This document shows, in pieces, positions 27,137-34,973 of a stretch of DNA of 34,973 nucleotides. The DNA comes from Armatimonadota bacterium (lineage in GTDB: Bacteria > Armatimonadota > SYMT01). Both the position numbers and the translations under genes were made by a program. Position 1 is the first letter of the stretch. Each line of letters opens with the position of its first letter. The stretch is taken from NCBI GenBank assembly GCA_046292385.1, contig JBKBRF010000063.1:1-34973 (forward strand). The letters run 5' to 3'. A model generated the notes under the pieces. It saw only the letters and a list, made by a program, of their open reading frames with translations, was not told where the DNA came from and did no database searches.

Positions 27137-27238
27137 GGGGGTAGCGTTTAGGGTGTAGCGTGTAGGGCTTGCGGGGCCGGGTGCGCCATCCGGGCACGGA
27201 TAACTCCTACTCCTATTCGTTCTCTTATTCTTACTCGA
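27132..27238 (+). repeat. GTAAG-initiated short-repeat element, copy D (variant heptamer)
   Basis: CGTAAG overlaps the MTase stop codon; array GGTAGCG-TTTAGGG-TGTAGCG-TGTAGGG; then CTCCTACTCCTATTCGTTCTCTTATTCTTACTC, which matches the hexamer array of copy C. Confidence 0.65.
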
Positions 27239-27324
27239 AACTGGTCCGGCAACGCTGCGCCCTTCAGGCGAGAGATCGTTGCTCTGGCACGCCGGTACTC
27301 CCACTCGCCCACTCAAGCATTCCT

Positions 27325-29397
27325 ATGCCCAACTGGTACTCGGACAGCTTCCTCCTGCTCCATTACGACCACCCCTATTCCGACCGGGAGCACCCGCCGG
27401 CGGCGACCGGCCTGGATCCGGAGCAGGTGGCGCGGCTCCTGCGGCGGACGCGGCCGGACGTGGTGCAGTACACGGCGAAGGGACCCTCCGGCAGCGTGCC
27501 GTATCCCACGCGGTACGGCAACCAGCTCCACGGAGTGTGGCCGGAGCACCCGGAAGTGCTGCAAGTCTACCGCGAGGTGACGCGGGAGCTGGGCATCCGG
27601 CTGGTGCTGGGGTACCACGGACTGGTCGACCAGCACGCCGCCGAGATGCGGCCCGATTGGATGCGCGTCACCTACAGCGCCGTCCCGTATCCCAACCGGG
27701 CGCTCTGCCCGAACTCCGGCTACGTGGAAGAGCTCCTGCTGCCGCACCTCGCGGAGCTGATCGAGCGGTACGAGCCGGACGGCATCTGGCTGGACGGCGA
27801 CAACTGGTCCGTCAGCCCGTGCTACTGCTCCGCCTGCGAGAACGAGTACCAGATGATCGTGACCCGTCCGTCTCCGATGGGCCGGGACGATCCGTGGTGG
27901 TCGCGCTGGCTGGAGTTCCACCGGGAGAGCTTCGACCGCTATCTCACCCGCACGGCCCGCTTCCTGGAGGAGCGCGCGCCGGGAGTGGTGCTCGCCTCCA
28001 ACGGCGCCTACGCCACGCACCAGCCGGAGCCGCCCGCGCCGGGTCCGGAGCGGCTGACGTGGGACCTCTCCCCCGCGTTTTCGCTGCGGCAGGCGGGGCT
28101 GGAGGGGCGCTTCTTCAGTTCCCGCGAGATCCCGTTCGATCTCGCCACCTGGACCCGCTGCAGCGCCCGGCCGTGGCCGCAGGGCAAGCTCCCCGCGCTG
28201 CCGATCTATCCGAAGTCGCGCGACCACCTGCGCCAGGAAGCGGCGGTGATCCTGGCCAACGGCGGCCGGTGGAGCGTCTGGATGGGGGTCTACCCGGACG
28301 ACTCCCTGCCGGAGACGGAGCATGAGACGGTCGGCCAGGTGTTTGAATGGGCGCGCGAGCGGCAGCCGTGGTGCACGGAGAGCCGCTCCGCCGCCTACGT
28401 GGCGGTGCTGCACTCCGAGCAGACCCACCGCCGCGCCGGGAACGGCCTCTTCGATCCGGGACCTTCGCTCGACCGGGTCCGTGGCGCGCACCAGATGCTG
28501 CTGGAGCTGCACCACCCGCACGACCTGGTGAACGAGGAGGCGCTGCGGCGCAACCTCGACCGCTACCGCGTGGTGATCCTGCCGGAGCAGGTGGGCCTCT
28601 CCGCGGAGATCGAGCAGGCGCTGACCGAGTGGGTGCGGGGCGGCGGCCGCCTGATCGCCTCCGGCCGGGTGGCGCCGCAGATCATCGAAGATATCCCGAC
28701 CTTCGCCTTCGAAGAAGTGCTGGGGGTCCGCTGGACCGGCCGCCGCGACCTCGAAGGGGTGATGCTCCACCGCGGCACCCCGCTGCGGATCGCCGCGCCA
28801 ACGTATCAGGTCGCCGTCCCCGAAGCGGAGGTGGTGCGCCCGCTCCTCGTCTCCGCCCGCGAGACGGCGATGCAGGACACCGGCTACCCCGGCGTTACCC
28901 GCAACGAGTACGGGGAGGGGGAGGGCTATTACCTCGCCGCGGAGATCTTCGCCGCGTACCACCGGAGCCAGTACTTCGGCCTGCGGGAGGTGCTGGGCGA
29001 CGTCCTCTCGCTCGCCCTGCCCACGCCGCCCCTGCTCACCACCGCCGGCCCGGAGGTAGAGATCGCCATGCGGGAGCGGCCGGGACAGACCGTCGTCCAC
29101 TGCGTGAACCACTCCCCCGGCAAGAGCCTGGCGCAGAACAACGCCTGGGTGGAGACGGTCCCGCCCACCGAGCCGTTCAGCCTCACCCTCGCGCTCGCGG
29201 CCGAGCCGGCCGCGGTGCGGCTGCAGCCCGGCGAGCGGGAGGTGGAGTGGTCCTACGCCGGCGGCACCCTCACCGCCTTCGTTCCGCCGTTCCACCTCCA
29301 CGAGATGCTCGTGGTGGAGCACGCCCCCGTGGAAGAGCCCGCGCCGGAAGAGTCGGTATCGGACAACGAGGTGGTGGAGGAGTATCCGGGCGACTGA
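27325..29397 (+). CDS. Glycoside hydrolase-like protein (GHL6/GH29-like TIM barrel plus GH42-type trimerisation domain)
   Basis: QYTAKG..G..YPT..G, LCPNSGY, YEPDGIWLDG, CYCSAC, YRVVILP and WVRGGGRLIASG motifs. Confidence 0.78.
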   Translation: MPNWYSDSFLLLHYDHPYSDREHPPAATGLDPEQVARLLRRTRPDVVQYTAKGPSGSVPYPTRYGNQLHGVWPEHPEVLQVYREVTRELGIRLVLGYHGLVDQHAAEMRPDWMRVTYSAVPYPNRALCPNSGYVEELLLPHLAELIERYEPDGIWLDGDNWSVSPCYCSACENEYQMIVTRPSPMGRDDPWWSRWLEFHRESFDRYLTRTARFLEERAPGVVLASNGAYATHQPEPPAPGPERLTWDLSPAFSLRQAGLEGRFFSSREIPFDLATWTRCSARPWPQGKLPALPIYPKSRDHLRQEAAVILANGGRWSVWMGVYPDDSLPETEHETVGQVFEWARERQPWCTESRSAAYVAVLHSEQTHRRAGNGLFDPGPSLDRVRGAHQMLLELHHPHDLVNEEALRRNLDRYRVVILPEQVGLSAEIEQALTEWVRGGGRLIASGRVAPQIIEDIPTFAFEEVLGVRWTGRRDLEGVMLHRGTPLRIAAPTYQVAVPEAEVVRPLLVSARETAMQDTGYPGVTRNEYGEGEGYYLAAEIFAAYHRSQYFGLREVLGDVLSLALPTPPLLTTAGPEVEIAMRERPGQTVVHCVNHSPGKSLAQNNAWVETVPPTEPFSLTLALAAEPAAVRLQPGEREVEWSYAGGTLTAFVPPFHLHEMLVVEHAPVEEPAPEESVSDNEVVEEYPGD

Positions 29398-29503
29398 AGT
29401 CGCGGCAACAAGAGCACGAAGTTTTTCCCCCGGACGGGGGACCCCCTCCGGGGACTTCGCCAGCAGGGGGAGACCTTTCACCGCTGCCCGCAAATAGAAG
29501 GGC

Positions 29504-30010
29504 ATGGCCTCGATGCGCGCAGGTGCTCCGAAGATCGACGACCTGAAACGCCTCATCGAAGAGGGGAACTGGTTCAGCCGCCTCGGCACCTGGCCGGGTG
29601 GGGAGGGCACCATCGCCCTGGCCGAGCTCGCGCAGCTCGACGCTCTGCAGGAGGAAGATTACGACTGGCTCCCCACCTCCGTTACCGAGGATGATCCGTT
29701 CCACGACGGCTCAGTCATCGAGCCCGCCCGCGCAGCTGTCGGTCACGACGAGTTCCGCGCAATCTCCGCAGAGCTGCATCGTCTCACGCTGCGCCACACA
29801 CGCGGCCTGGACACCTGGAACGCGCGGCTGACGATCGAAGACCATTACCTAGCGAACGCCGCACGCGGAGGGGCACTCTACGCCACTCGCCACGCCGCGG
29901 CGGAGATCCTGGCAGGCAATCCGGGGCCGTGGTGGAGGATCATCCTGATCTATGGATGCGGCCACTGGCCATGCGCGTTCCGGCCCGAGGACGGCGAGAT
30001 CTACGTGTAA
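29504..30010 (+). CDS. Hypothetical protein
   Basis: 168-aa ORF with protein-like composition that fills the gap; ends YGCGHWPCAFRPEDGEIYV. Confidence 0.65.
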   Translation: MASMRAGAPKIDDLKRLIEEGNWFSRLGTWPGGEGTIALAELAQLDALQEEDYDWLPTSVTEDDPFHDGSVIEPARAAVGHDEFRAISAELHRLTLRHTRGLDTWNARLTIEDHYLANAARGGALYATRHAAAEILAGNPGPWWRIILIYGCGHWPCAFRPEDGEIYV

Positions 30011-30050
30011 TGAGAATCGCCCCGAACGGAAGACCGGAGGAAGTTCCGAA

Positions 30051-30437
30051 GTGGATCACGAGGCCCAAACACTCTATCGCCCGGTGGGACAGGCGGAGCT
30101 GGACCTGATCCGGGAGAGCGGCTTCCGGGAGTTTCCACCGCGGCTCTCGTTCCAGCCGATCTTCTATCCGGTCCTGAACGAGGAGTACGCGGCGCAGATC
30201 GCGCGGGACTGGAATACGCGGGACCCGAACTCCGGCTACGTGGGATACGTCACACGCTTTCGGGTCCGCACCGACTACCTTCAGCAGTACGAGCCGAAAC
30301 AGGGGGGCGGAGGAACGCACCAGGAGTACTGGATCCCCGCCGAAGAGCTGCCGGAGTTCAACCGCAACCTGGTGGGTTTCATTGAGGTGATCGCTCAGTT
30401 CCATGCCGCCGAGGCGGGAGACGGGATGGGGGGTTGA
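30051..30437 (+). CDS. Conserved small protein (family often labelled ADP-ribosylation/crystallin J1)
   Basis: TLYRPVG..EL.LI..SG...FPPRL..QPIFYPVLNEEYA.QIARDWN...H.EYWIPAEEL.EFN; SD GGAGG before GTG 30051. Confidence 0.8.
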   Translation: MDHEAQTLYRPVGQAELDLIRESGFREFPPRLSFQPIFYPVLNEEYAAQIARDWNTRDPNSGYVGYVTRFRVRTDYLQQYEPKQGGGGTHQEYWIPAEELPEFNRNLVGFIEVIAQFHAAEAGDGMGG

Positions 30438-30477
30438 GCAATTCTGCGATGCCGCTGGTCCGCGAGAAGGATTTCCG

Positions 30478-32217
30478 TTACCCCTCCGGACCGGAGCTCC
30501 GGAGATTACATCCCCGGGAGCGGAGGGCTGATTTCAGTGCGTCCGGATCCACGGGCTTGGTCATGTGCTGGTCGAAGCCGACCTCCAGAGCCCGACGCCG
30601 GTCTTCTTCCTGGCCGTAGCCGGTGAGCGCTATCAGCAGCATCTCGCTGTAGCCTTCACTTCTCAGGCGGCGGGCAACCTCGTATCCATCCATTCCGGGC
30701 AGGCCGATGTCGAGCAGCACCACGTCCGGCGCGAGCTCCCTCGCTCGCTCCAGTGCGGTCAAGCCATCGAAGGCGAGGCTGACCTCGTGATCCCAGAGCT
30801 CGAGCAGATCGCCCATCGTCACGGCCGCGTCCCGATTGTCGTCGACCACCAGCACCCGCAGCGGGGATTTGGGTCGGTGCAGCGTTTCCAGAGGCATCGC
30901 ATCCAACTCGGGAACAGCCGGAAGCATCGGCAGCCGGACGATGAACTCGCTTCCCCGCCCCCGCCCTTCACTGCGGGCTTCCACGTCTCCCCCGTGCATC
31001 TGAACCAGGTTCTTCACCAATGCAAGGCCGAGGCCCAGGCCGCCCTGCGCACGGTCCAGGCTGCGCTCCTGCTGCACGAAGATCTCGAAAATGCTCGGCA
31101 GCAGCTCCCTCGGTATGCCGATGCCGTTGTCCCGGATACGTACTTCCGCCAGTCCACCAACTCGCTTCGCGATCACGCAGATCTCGCCGCCGTCCGGGGT
31201 ATACTTGGCGGCGTTGTTTAGCAGGTTCGCCAGGATTTGCTCGAGCCGCGCGGCGTCTGCAGAAAGCCACAGCGGCTCATCGGGCAACTCCAGCGTAAGA
31301 TGGTGGTCTCGCGACTGGATTAGCGGCTGGCTCGTCTCGACCGCATGCCGGATCACCTGGACCAGCTCTACCGATGCCTTGCGCAGCTCGATCTTCCCTC
31401 TGGTGATGCGGGAGACGTCGAGCAGGTCGTCTACCAGACGGGTGAGGGAATGGACCTGCCTCTCGATCACTTCTCGCGCACGGCTGAGGGCGGGGTCGGA
31501 TGTCCCGAGTGACCGCATCACCTCCAGCGCGCTGAGCACCGGCGCCAGAGGATTCCGCAGCTCATGACCAAGCATGGCCAGAAACTCATTCTTGCGGCGG
31601 TCCGCGTCTCGAGCTTCCCGCAGAGCGCCTTCCAGGTTGCGGCGCGCAACATCGAGCGCCTGGGCTAATCCCTCCGCCTGCTCTGCCACGTGCCGCGCGG
31701 TCGCTGCGTGGCCGGCCGCCCGAACTTCAGCCATCTCGCCCTGTACGGCCCCGGAGATCAGCGGCAGCAGGAGACAGAGTGCGCTGAGCTCGTCACCCGT
31801 GGCCGCACCACCGATCAGCACGACCAAGGCCTCGTCTCCGGCCGCGCATCCCGTGACTCGGACCCGCTCCGGCGCGCCACTTAGGGCCGGCAGCTCGCTC
31901 TCATGGCGACCGAGCTCCACGCAACGCGCGAGAAACGCGGGCCAATCTCGGCCGCGGGGGAGAGTCTGCGGAAAGCCGAGCGCCGGCAGCAACACCCCCA
32001 ACTCACGGTCGCGGCTGAAGAGGACGAGGTCGTCCGCTCCGAGGGACCGGGCGAGTTCTCGCGTGGCCGCGGCACGCTCCTTCTGATCCCGCAGACGTCC
32101 GACGAGCTCGAGAAACCTGATCGGGAGGGTGACCGGCTTATCGGGGGAGGACGCAGACGACGGCGGTGCAGTTGTGGAATCCACTGAATTGCCCGTCCGC
32201 GCGCGCGATCTGCCCAT
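30478..32217 (-). CDS. Hybrid sensor histidine kinase with C-terminal receiver domain (start uncertain)
   Basis: H-box FLAMLGHELRNPL; N box NLLNNAAKY; G1 DNGIGI; G2 GGLGLGL; receiver VLVVDDN...LLDIGLP...TG...KP. Candidate starts (32217, 32184) overlap the FIST gene. Confidence 0.93.
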   Translation of the reverse strand: MGRSRARTGNSVDSTTAPPSSASSPDKPVTLPIRFLELVGRLRDQKERAAATRELARSLGADDLVLFSRDRELGVLLPALGFPQTLPRGRDWPAFLARCVELGRHESELPALSGAPERVRVTGCAAGDEALVVLIGGAATGDELSALCLLLPLISGAVQGEMAEVRAAGHAATARHVAEQAEGLAQALDVARRNLEGALREARDADRRKNEFLAMLGHELRNPLAPVLSALEVMRSLGTSDPALSRAREVIERQVHSLTRLVDDLLDVSRITRGKIELRKASVELVQVIRHAVETSQPLIQSRDHHLTLELPDEPLWLSADAARLEQILANLLNNAAKYTPDGGEICVIAKRVGGLAEVRIRDNGIGIPRELLPSIFEIFVQQERSLDRAQGGLGLGLALVKNLVQMHGGDVEARSEGRGRGSEFIVRLPMLPAVPELDAMPLETLHRPKSPLRVLVVDDNRDAAVTMGDLLELWDHEVSLAFDGLTALERARELAPDVVLLDIGLPGMDGYEVARRLRSEGYSEMLLIALTGYGQEEDRRRALEVGFDQHMTKPVDPDALKSALRSRGCNLRSSGPEG

Positions 32218-33301
32218 AGGTGTTGCATCCGGCGAACGGTGCGTTACCCAGCGCCTGCTGGATAGCGCCTAGCTCGATCCCGAAGTCGCGACCGATCCGG
32301 AGCCGCGTGGCCACACAGTCGAAGAAGAGGGCCGCACCGGGCTGGTGGTTACCGAGCTGTCCCAGGGCTGAGCCAACCGCGCACTCGGCAGCCTCAGCGG
32401 GACCCGCCGTGGCGCTCATGATATTCACAGTGGCACCGACAGGGACCTCTGCGGCGCAGTTGACCGAGCCATCCGGCCCGATTGAAAGCGGCACCCGAAG
32501 CTTGTGTCCAAACCCCGTGTCGATCCCAAGTACGTTGTGCAGGAAGAACGAGAGCGGCTGCTCCGGATCGAACTGCTGGCCGGTGGCGGCCGCGTGGTCT
32601 TCGAAGGCCTGCACCGCGGGTACCGCATTTAGACTGATCAGGCGCGTCCCCTCCGCCGAAGTCACCCGCAGCCCGGCGCTCGCGGGACGCCATCCGTGTT
32701 CCAGACCGATGCCGAGCGGCTTTTCCGACAGGATCTCTAGCGCTACTACCGCATCCTCGACCGCCTCGACACCGCAGAAGACGTGCGTGCGATGGAAGCG
32801 AGCGTCGTCTCCGGCGCCGCCTCCCACGAGCTGATAGCTTCCACCCGTGCGGAGCGTGATCCGCTCCACCAGCGTCTCCGCGTGACCCGCGAGGGCGTCG
32901 GTCAGCACGAGGGCCGTTCGGTATGGATAGATCTGGCCATCCAACCCGCGGAAGCCGCGAGTCACCTCTTCCGCAGCCGCGCGGGCGTCCGCGGTAATCC
33001 CGCGTCCGAGCGCCGCCGCGAATCTCATTTCCGGAGCCACGATGCCCACTGCACACGCCGAATGCTCGTGCGGGACGTCGCTCGTAAACTCTCCGGCCGA
33101 AGAGGCACCCACCATCGCTCCCGGCCGAGCGGTGGCTTGCAGCGCGTGAAGCAGGTCCGGGTGCTCGTACCGGGCGGAGGCGAAGACGATCACCGCATCC
33201 GGCGATTCTCCAGCCAGTCCATCTAAAAGCTGCTTACCCAATGCAGCCCCCGCCGGGCCGCTCTCCACTTCGTCACTCTGCGCGACCGCGTAACGTGCCA
33301 T
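32138..33301 (-). CDS. Stand-alone FIST-domain (NosP-like) sensor protein
   Basis: VGASSAGEF, LVGGGAGDD, HGW.P, FFDCVAT, GCNTYGQI and FHNCT motifs (FIST_N and FIST_C). Confidence 0.9.
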   Translation of the reverse strand: MARYAVAQSDEVESGPAGAALGKQLLDGLAGESPDAVIVFASARYEHPDLLHALQATARPGAMVGASSAGEFTSDVPHEHSACAVGIVAPEMRFAAALGRGITADARAAAEEVTRGFRGLDGQIYPYRTALVLTDALAGHAETLVERITLRTGGSYQLVGGGAGDDARFHRTHVFCGVEAVEDAVVALEILSEKPLGIGLEHGWRPASAGLRVTSAEGTRLISLNAVPAVQAFEDHAAATGQQFDPEQPLSFFLHNVLGIDTGFGHKLRVPLSIGPDGSVNCAAEVPVGATVNIMSATAGPAEAAECAVGSALGQLGNHQPGAALFFDCVATRLRIGRDFGIELGAIQQALGNAPFAGCNTYGQIARADGQFSGFHNCTAVVCVLPR

Positions 33302-33461
33302 ATAGCTCCTGTGAGTACGTCAGACGCAGGCGAAAGGGCCGGCTTCAGCCAGGAAAGGAGGTCACGCGGGAAGGATCGAGCCGAAAACGCCCTACTAAAG
33401 GTGACCCAACACCCCATCCGTGAAACCTGGACGTGGGCGGATTGTTTGAGCGGGCCGGGAC

Positions 33462-34598
33462 TCAGGGGAAGCCTGTGCGGCGGCGGGAGACGCGGAAGAG
33501 GCGCCAGCCGATCGGCAGGAAGAGGAGCAGCGCGTAGGGCCAGAAGCGCTCTACCACGGTCGGTGGGTTGTACGGCACCTGGGGGCGGCCCCATTTCTTA
33601 TAGAAGGCGGCATACTCCGCCTCGTCTTCGGCATCACTGCCCGCTGCCAGCAGCTCCCGCTCTCGTGCCTGGTAGGCTGCGACCCACCTTCTCGCATGCT
33701 CTCGCTGCGTTTCGTAGTCGGAGCGGCGGATGCGTCCCTGCGTACTGAACAACGCCTGGTCGGCGGCCTTCTGCCATTCGACGTACTGCGGGTGCGCACC
33801 ACCGCCGGCTTCCATCGCTCGCCAGTAAGCCAGCGCAGCGAGTGACGAATCGCCGCGGATTGCCAACAGCTCCCCCAGGGCGGCGTAGAGCTCCGGCGAC
33901 TCCCGGTCGCCCATCCGGATCATTCCGGCGACACCTTCCAGAGCGTTCGCCGGCAGCCCGGCTTCCTTCAGCATCTCGGCAAGCCGCTCCGGGCTTCCGC
34001 CCATTGCACTGCGCCGCTCGCCATCAGGGCGGAGCTTGGGGCCCCAGAAGCCGGCATCTTCCCCGCCCGGCGTGCGGTGACGAAAGTAGCGGATCGCGTG
34101 GAGCTGTACCCACTCCCGGCCGAAGTGCGCGTTCGGGTTGATCTTCACCGCACGAGAGATCCACGCGTCCGCCTTCGCCAGGTTGCCGGAGTGCGCGTAG
34201 AAGGTGCCGAGGTTCGCGGCGGTGGTGTAGTCGACCCCGTAGCGCTCGATCTTCCGCTGCATCGCGGCGATCGCGTCGTCCTGGCGATCCAGGCGGTCGT
34301 AAGCGACGCCGATATCGTCCAACAGCGCCTTCGCCGTCTCCGGGCCCGCCTTCGGGAGCGCGGCCTGCGCCGTGCGGAGGCGGTGCTCCAGGAATTCCGG
34401 CGTGTGCCGCTCGTACCGCCCCACGATGACCGCGGTGATCTCCGGCAGCCCGCGCTGCTCCTCCGCCAGGGTGTCGCGGTCCCACATGCACGCCTCCGCC
34501 ACGGCATGGGCGCAGAGGAAGAGCGCCAGCCCCATCATGAAGGCGGAGAGCTGCCGACAGACACGGCGGCGGTTGAGCAGTCGTCGGAGCGGTGTCAT
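33462..34598 (-). CDS. Exported TPR protein with C-terminal membrane anchor
   Basis: Signal peptide ending AEA|CMWDRDTL; TPR segment YTTAANLGTFY...AVKINPNAHFGRE; C-terminal hydrophobic helix followed by RRR. Start may be the downstream MM. Confidence 0.78.
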   Translation of the reverse strand: MTPLRRLLNRRRVCRQLSAFMMGLALFLCAHAVAEACMWDRDTLAEEQRGLPEITAVIVGRYERHTPEFLEHRLRTAQAALPKAGPETAKALLDDIGVAYDRLDRQDDAIAAMQRKIERYGVDYTTAANLGTFYAHSGNLAKADAWISRAVKINPNAHFGREWVQLHAIRYFRHRTPGGEDAGFWGPKLRPDGERRSAMGGSPERLAEMLKEAGLPANALEGVAGMIRMGDRESPELYAALGELLAIRGDSSLAALAYWRAMEAGGGAHPQYVEWQKAADQALFSTQGRIRRSDYETQREHARRWVAAYQARERELLAAGSDAEDEAEYAAFYKKWGRPQVPYNPPTVVERFWPYALLLFLPIGWRLFRVSRRRTGFP

Positions 34599-34721
34599 AC
34601 AGTCTGACAGACGGGCCGTGACGGGCCGGAGTTTCCCCTCAAGTTCACCTCACGCCGCGTCCCGGCATTACTCACTGCGAGAGCCAGATCATCCCGCAGG
34701 CTTCCGGAACGGAGGATACCT

Positions 34722-34963
34722 GGGGAGCCGGAGGGCCCCACCTGTGAGTCCCCCCTGGCGAGATACTGTTGGCGAAATCGGGAAGCTTCTCCGGGGCCCC
34801 GCTGACGCCGGGCGCGAAAGCAAGCATTCGCACTCCACAGGCTATCCCGGATGAGATTCCCTCTCGTCGAAAGGGAGCCGGCCTCGGTGCAGTCTGTGGA
34901 GTGCGGTGGCTTGTGTCACACGCTGTAAAGTTACGCCGCTGGTGGCGCAGGAAGGTTTTGCCG
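34722..34963 (+). repeat. Structured REP/REPIN-like element, copy 2
   Basis: CGCACTCCACAG (34829-34840) and CTGTGGAGTGCG (34894-34905) with the same 53-bp spacer. Shares GCAAGCATTCGCACTCCACAGGC and CGGTGCAGTCTGTGGAGTGCGGTGGCT with the reverse complement of copy 1. Confidence 0.8.
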
Positions 34964-34973
34964 CATCGCTCGC

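Noticed and set aside
25..34963. Whole window as a composite transposon bounded by terminal inverted repeats
   Set aside because: The two copies are clearly diverged, there is no transposase, and the interior holds core genes (his, glnA, dapF). Dispersed repeats or assembly breaks explain it more simply.

Overview
High-GC bacterial chromosomal segment. The gene content and style suggest Armatimonadota or a similar soil lineage; this is inference only. Housekeeping genes: mscL, dapF, hisH-hisA-hisF-hisI, glnA. Other genes: a Ycf46-like AAA ATPase, beta-propeller/TPR and NHL proteins, an HpcH aldolase, an esterase, a PhyH dioxygenase, an orphan methyltransferase, a GH-like hydrolase and a FIST + hybrid kinase pair. 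Main observations not shown by the ORF track: (1) an apparently leaderless 26-codon His-rich leader peptide plus terminator in front of hisH, i.e. a candidate attenuator; (2) a shared terminal RFxxLE motif on two adjacent scaffold proteins near the AAA ATPase; (3) tandem membrane class III cyclase paralogues with non-canonical, partly complementary active-site residues; (4) a family of GTAAG-initiated short-repeat elements, two of which bracket a gene in inverted orientation; (5) a decayed ~2.3 kb tyrosine-integrase island with visible arm and candidate core sites upstream of glnA; (6) diverged inverted copies of a structured REP-like element at both ends of the window; (7) a probable ATC start codon for mscL. 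No rRNA, tRNA or CRISPR array was seen. Family assignments are by eye from motifs; no database search was run.
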